DNA of 64,000 nucleotides from Saprospiraceae bacterium (GTDB taxonomy: Bacteria > Bacteroidota > Bacteroidia > Chitinophagales > Saprospiraceae): NCBI GenBank assembly GCA_016714785.1, contig JADKCC010000057.1:9938-73937 (forward strand), in the 5' to 3' direction. The position numbers were made by a program, and so were the translations under genes. The notes under the pieces were generated by a model that saw nothing but the letters and a program-made list of their open reading frames with translations, was not told where the DNA came from and did not search any database. Shown piece after piece: positions 59,082-64,000 of this stretch. Position 1 is the stretch's first letter. Every line of letters begins with the position of its first letter.

Positions 59082-60050
59082 ATGACAGACACAGGATTTA
59101 TAGGACAAAATATTGATATTGCAGCGACTTTACTAAAAAAAGGGGAAGCTGTAGCTGTTCCCACTGAAACAGTCTATGGGTTGGCAGCCAATGCACTGAA
59201 TATCAAAGCAGTAGCTAAAGTATTTCAAATAAAGCAAAGACCTACTTTTGATCCATTGATCATCCATCTTCCATCTTTTGATAAGGTAAATGAATATGTA
59301 GAAGAAATTCCTGACATATTTAAAACATTAGCAGATAAATTTACACCTGGCCCATTAACTTTTTTAATGAAAAAAAAGGCTAATATTCCAGACTTAGTTA
59401 CGTCAGGATCACCTTACGTAGCTGTGAGAATACCAGCACACCCTGTTGTTAAAGCATTGCTTGAAAAAATAGACTTTCCTTTAGCAGCTCCTAGTGCCAA
59501 TCCATTTGGTTACATCAGCCCCACCACCGCCCAACATGTAGCTGATCAATTGGGTAATAAAGTTTTTTATATTCTTGACGGCGGGCCATGTGATGTAGGT
59601 CTAGAAAGTACCATCATCGGTATGAATGATGCTGGAGAGATAGAAGTATTAAGGAAAGGTGGACTTTCGGTAGAGAAAATAATTGAAGTAGTTGGCGAAG
59701 TTATCATAAGAGATACTTCAACTTCCAACCCAGATGCTCCAGGTATGTTGACCTCTCATTATGCGCCTAAAGTACCATTAGTACTAGGAAATATTCAAGC
59801 ATTAGCATCTCAAAGTGATTACCAAAGGACAGGTATCATTGCTTTTAATCAGTTTGTCCCTAATATACCCCATAAACATCAGATCGTGCTTTCACCCAAT
59901 TCAAACTATGGTGATGCTGCTTTTCATCTTTTTGCTGGCATGAGATATTTGGATAGTTGTGATATTGACATAATATATGCTGAGTTAGTTCCAGAGCACG
60001 ATTTAGGTATTGCCATCAATGACCGATTGAGGCGAGCAGCACACTGCTGA
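59082..60050 (+). CDS. tsaC: L-threonylcarbamoyladenylate synthase (Sua5/YwlC-type TsaC)
   Basis: AVPTETVYGLAANAL, RPTFDPLIIH and the SANPFGYISPTTA core, plus a C-terminal Sua5 domain. The start is taken at the ATG at 59082. Confidence 0.9.
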   Translation: MTDTGFIGQNIDIAATLLKKGEAVAVPTETVYGLAANALNIKAVAKVFQIKQRPTFDPLIIHLPSFDKVNEYVEEIPDIFKTLADKFTPGPLTFLMKKKANIPDLVTSGSPYVAVRIPAHPVVKALLEKIDFPLAAPSANPFGYISPTTAQHVADQLGNKVFYILDGGPCDVGLESTIIGMNDAGEIEVLRKGGLSVEKIIEVVGEVIIRDTSTSNPDAPGMLTSHYAPKVPLVLGNIQALASQSDYQRTGIIAFNQFVPNIPHKHQIVLSPNSNYGDAAFHLFAGMRYLDSCDIDIIYAELVPEHDLGIAINDRLRRAAHC

Positions 60051-60148
60051 CTGGATTTTCTTATACAACTTTCGGTTTAAAGCGTTTAGTAAACTAATTC
60101 CATTTTGTCATATTTGAATAAAACAAGTTTTCTCACCACTCTGCGATT

Positions 60149-60213
60149 CGATAATCTCCGTTAAACTAACAACCAAAAATAACAGCTGACTTTTTCAGCA
60201 GCCCCTAAGTACC
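60149..60213 (+). repeat. 65-bp conserved intergenic element, copy B
   Basis: Matches 39609-39673 at 62 of 65 positions, in the same orientation. Confidence 0.9.
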
Positions 60214-60311
60214 TTCGGATTTTAAATTGTCATTATTTTTAAAACGGTTATTTTTAAACTCTTAATAGTATAAAATTTTGCATCCAATTTACTACAGGTA
60301 AAAAAATTGCT

Positions 60312-60463
60312 CAGTGGGATCTAGTGGGAATGCAGTGGGAACTAGTGGGAACTCGGTGGGAACTTAGTGGGAACTCGGTGGAAATGTGGTGGGAATGTGG
60401 TGGGATCAAGTACGGAGCATGTACGGAGCTGATACGGAGTAAGTACCGAGTAAGTACGGAGGA
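60312..60463 (+). repeat. Phased 10-11-bp G-cluster word array (9 x nnnGTGGGAa followed by 5 x nnnGTACGGAG)
   Basis: GGG (or GG) runs start at 60316, 60326, 60337, 60347, 60358, 60369, 60380, 60391 and 60402. The GG of the ACGGAG words falls at 60414, 60425, 60436, about 60447 and 60458. Confidence 0.9.
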
Positions 60464-60678
60464 GCCGCCTAGCAAGGTAGGGGCTGTCTCGTCCTAAATA
60501 GCTACACAGGTTAATTTAACAAGCCTACAATAACTTTACACTATGCAAAAATAATCCTAAAAAACTTTAAACAACAATTTCAATCAATTCATAATAAAAA
60601 ATTTGTGAACCATTATGACTTTGAGTTTTATTGGTAGTTTGTATTTTTGGCATTTCAGAGTGTACTCAATGTTAGAAC

Positions 60679-61698
60679 TTAAACCATCTCCCTTATCGCC
60701 AAAACTACAGAGACTGGTTTGTGATCACTTGTCTTCTGATTACGGTTAAGTGTAGCATTTACTAGGTCGTGAATTTCATGTTCCACCTTTCCTGCTTTTG
60801 GTTCTACACATACATTTGGTAAGGTCCAATTCACTAAAGCTTGAGTAAACATGATATGATCGATTAGAATCTTTTCTTTGCTACCCGTTACAAAATCGTC
60901 AACGGCATAACTCCATCTCAACTGATCAGTAAAATCAAATAATGCATGATTCAAAAATTGAGAAGCCCTAAAGATATCGCCCTGAATGTTATTCAATAAA
61001 TCAAAATGTAGATACAACGACTCAAAATGTTCTTTACCTGGGCCATCATTGAGATCACCCAAGACGAAGATCGCAGGGTTTTCAACTTGTTCAAATTTTT
61101 TCTCTATGTAACGACGCACATTACTTGCCTCTGTAGTCAATTTGATCCTTGCCTTGATTGCGCCTTTGATAAAATCTTCCTTCCGTGTGCCGCCTGCTTT
61201 CCAATCCGCACTACCACCATTCACAAATTTACTCTTAAGATGTAAACCTATAAACTCGACCCTTTGTCCGAATACATCTAAGATCAATACCTGTGGATGT
61301 CTATAATGTTGATGATTTTCTTTAGTAAAACTTCCCCAATAATGGACAGGCCAAACTCTGCCACCTGCAAAAGTATCATAAGTGTGGGTTTCTAATAAAG
61401 TACATTTATTGGCCAATTCTTTTTTCACAATAAACCAAATCCATTGTGTACCTAAAGTGTCGTATTTGCCATCAGGTGATTTGATGGCGATATAGTCATT
61501 GCCAAAAAAGTCACTTGTGAGTTGGTCAATGGCCGCAGCACCTTTGGGTCCTTCCAAAATACAAAATATATCTGCGTCGATGGCTTGCATTTCTTGGATG
61601 ATGCCATTTTTTCTTTTTTGATCATTGATAGATAAATTCGCATTCAACAATTCATCTAGATGTTCTACATTCCAAGAGGTAATTTTGATAGAAGACAT
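60679..61698 (-). CDS. Endonuclease/exonuclease/phosphatase (EEP) family protein
   Basis: 339 aa with N-terminal ITSWNVEHL, a central FVLGDLNDGPG and C-terminal TSDHKPVSVVL. These are the catalytic motifs of the EEP fold. Confidence 0.75.
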   Translation of the reverse strand: MSSIKITSWNVEHLDELLNANLSINDQKRKNGIIQEMQAIDADIFCILEGPKGAAAIDQLTSDFFGNDYIAIKSPDGKYDTLGTQWIWFIVKKELANKCTLLETHTYDTFAGGRVWPVHYWGSFTKENHQHYRHPQVLILDVFGQRVEFIGLHLKSKFVNGGSADWKAGGTRKEDFIKGAIKARIKLTTEASNVRRYIEKKFEQVENPAIFVLGDLNDGPGKEHFESLYLHFDLLNNIQGDIFRASQFLNHALFDFTDQLRWSYAVDDFVTGSKEKILIDHIMFTQALVNWTLPNVCVEPKAGKVEHEIHDLVNATLNRNQKTSDHKPVSVVLAIREMV

Positions 61699-61965
61699 GC
61701 TCAGTTGGTTTTAAGGTGAAAAATCTTTATAATAACGAATAATGATTATTTTCTCCTAATGCTATTCATCAATATTTGAAATACAAATTAAATTATGCTT
61801 TAATCAGACGTTTGTTATAGATTTTCTTGGTATGAAATAGGTATTTTCTACTGCATCAACAGCTATTTGGCATTAAAAAAATGGACCATCATTTTCTACA
61901 AATCCAATTTACTCACTTTTTTACTATATCTCAACCCAAGATTAGCAAAAATGGCATCGTATTTG

Positions 61966-61973
61966 TAATTTTG
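61966..61973 (+). promoter_or_regulatory. -7 promoter box TAATTTTG for thrA
   Basis: TAnnTTTG match about 100 nt upstream of the ATG at 62072. Confidence 0.35.
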
Positions 61974-62071
61974 CACTCAAATGTAGCTAAGTAAAGAGCA
62001 AAACCGGTGAAGGTTGACACTCCATAACTGAACGACATTAAAATTAAGGGAATCTGTGTTAATAAGAGTAA

Positions 62072-64000
62072 AATGAAAGTATTAAAGTTTGGCGGATCTT
62101 CGGTAGCAAGTGCTGACCGTATTCAGAATATTGTTTCTATCGTGCGACCTAGGATCGATGCAGGTGAAAAATTGACGATTGTTTTTTCAGCATTTGGTGG
62201 TATCACAGATATGCTCATAGAAATGAGTGAACTAGCAAGTCAGGGGAAGGATAAATATATAGCTTTATATCATCAGTTCAACGACAGACATAATACAGCA
62301 GCTAAGGAATTGCTTTCTGATGATAAATATTTGGCAGTAAGTGCAGCGTTGGATGACAATCATGAAACACTTAAAGACTTGCTAAAAGGTATATTTTTGG
62401 TAAGGGAAGCTTCTCCCCGCACCATGGACTATGTATTGAGTTTTGGGGAACGCAATGCCAATTACATCATAGCCATGGCAATGTCTGAATGCGGTATCCA
62501 AGCAGAGTATCTCGATGCTAGAAAGATTATCAAAACCAATAAAGATTTTGGATCTGCCAAGGTAAATTTCAAATTGACAGATGAAGCCATAAAAACTTAT
62601 TATGCAGACCATGATAAGGTGCAGATTGTCACAGGATTTATTGGATCTGATATCGGTGGTCTGACGACTACATTGGGTCGTGGAGGCTCAGATTACACGG
62701 CAGCGATATTAGCCGGTGCTTTAGAAGCAGAAGTATTGGAGATATGGACTGATGTAGATGGTGTACTGACCTGTGATCCACGAAAGGTCAAACAAGCATT
62801 TACCATTCCACAGCTTAGTTATGCGGAAGCGATGGAGATGTCTCACTTTGGAGCTAAAGTCATTTATCCACCAACTATACAACCTGCGTTGCGCAAAGGG
62901 ATTCCGATTTACATCAAAAATACATTTAATCCTGAATTCATAGGAACTAGGATACACAAAGAACACGATGCTTCATTCAAATCTACCATCAAAGGCATTA
63001 GTTCTTTGGGCAATTTGTCCCTGATCAGATTGCAAGGCAGTGGCATGATGGGTGTACCTGGTGTTTCAGGCAGATTATTTACCGCTTTGGGCAAAGAAAA
63101 AATCAATGTCATCCTTATTACCCAAGCATCATCCGAACATTCTATAAGTATTGCCGTATCTGACAAAGAGGCTAAAAGCGCCATAGAAGCCATCAGCGAA
63201 GAGTTTGCTAAAGAGATAGAAGATGCACTTATTGAGCCTATAAAAGCAGAAAAAGACCTATGTGTCGTAGCCATCATAGGCGAACAAATGAAAAATGTGC
63301 CCGGAGTAGCAGGGAGACTATTCGAAGGATTGGGTAAAAACGGGATCAATATTATCGCCATTGCACAGGGTAGTTCAGAGTTGAATATTTCATTTGTCAT
63401 CAATAAAAGTGATGAAGCCAAGGCGCTAAATGCCATACATGATTCCTTTTTTCTTTCGGACACCAAACGCATCCATGTATTCATGATCGGCGCAGGACTG
63501 ATAGGTAGTACTTTGCTCCAACAAATGGAAGAACAAAAAGAAATCCTTCGCACTCAAAATGGCATGGAAATCAAAGTGTGTGGTATCGCCAATACAAAAA
63601 AAATGATTTTTGACGAAAATGGCATCCAATTATCACAGTGGAAAAATAAGCTCTCAGAAAGTAGTGATGTTTCTGACCCATCAGGCTTTGTGGAAAAAAT
63701 GATAGAGATGAATCTTTCCAATACCATTTTTATAGACAACACTGCTGATACGCAAATACCTGATTTGTACAAAAAGGTATTTCAAGCCAGTATATCAGTA
63801 GCTACACCCAATAAAGTTGCAGCTTCATCAGTGTATGATAATTATCTTTCTCTCAAACAACTCGCCCGCAAGCACAATGTCCAATTTCTTTTTGAGACCA
63901 ATGTAGGTGCAGGGTTGCCTGTGATATCTACGATGAGAAATCTAATACACAGCGGCGATAGAATCATCAAAATAGAAGCAGTACTATCTGGATCAGTATC
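62072..64000 (+). CDS. thrA: Bifunctional aspartate kinase / homoserine dehydrogenase I (3'-partial, continues beyond window)
   Basis: ATG at 62072. It reads MKVLKFGGSSVASADRIQNIV...TTLGRGGSDYTAAILAGAL...EIWTDVDGVLTCDPR (aspartokinase). Two ACT regions follow, then IHVFMIGAGLIGSTLLQQ and VATPNKVA (homoserine dehydrogenase). The frame is open to the window end, and the gene is absent from the ORF track because no stop is reached. Confidence 0.93.

Noticed and set aside
61974-62071. Riboswitch or leader-peptide attenuator upstream of thrA
   Set aside because: I recognise no lysine, SAM or T-box core motifs, no Thr/Ile-rich leader ORF and no terminator/antiterminator pair in the ~100-nt leader.
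62909-63553. 214-aa ORF on the minus strand, plus 62382-62612, 62721-62966, 63426-63629 and 63554-63772
   Set aside because: All lie antisense to the long, clearly homologous thrA frame. Their sequences are low-complexity Ser/Leu/Ile-rich, as is typical of shadow ORFs.

Overview
AT-rich chromosomal segment from a Bacteroidota-type bacterium. The assignment rests on a T9SS C-terminal sorting domain, a fused CcoN-CcoO, TAnnTTTG -7 promoter boxes and 1-nt TGATG/TAATG gene junctions. About 50 protein genes are present, nearly all housekeeping: polA, hutI, fabH-efp-accB-accC, an MsbA-like ABC exporter, S46 and S41 peptidases, panC, acyl-CoA dehydrogenase plus SCP2, GT2 plus cysQ, a GHMP kinase, crtZ, nadE, pheS, rluF, a complete cbb3 oxidase cluster (ccoS-ccoNO-ccoQ-ccoP-ccoG-fixH), tsaB and tsaC, and thrA, which runs off the 3' edge. 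There is one tRNA-Gln(TTG). I see no rRNA, CRISPR array, transposase, integrase or recognisable defence operon, so I cannot name a new protein-coded system. The unusual content is non-coding. Five long intergenic regions (11.6-14.2 kb, 28.9-29.4 kb, 38.9-39.7 kb, 60.05-60.68 kb and part of 45.7 kb) hold GC-rich modules built from short repeated words. Two of these are arrays in which G-clusters recur every 10-12 bp for about 90 bp and 150 bp. The same regions also contain an inverted module pair flanking a TPR gene relic, a 105-nt C-free tract, a 4-copy tandem array of about 112 bp, a 62-bp tandem duplication, a 65-bp element present twice 20.5 kb apart, a 25-nt motif present twice in inverted orientation, and a run of perfect hairpins. 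Two housekeeping-type genes carry frame disruptions. panC breaks exactly at a CTT TGA site, the same codon pair as the RF2 +1 frameshift site. A DUF937 gene has two compensating shifts 36 nt apart. A small orphan islet at 14.2-16.1 kb (uncharacterised protein, truncated sigma factor, acidic DUF3761-like secreted protein) lies next to the largest repeat island. All family assignments come from reading the translations and from memory; no search was run.
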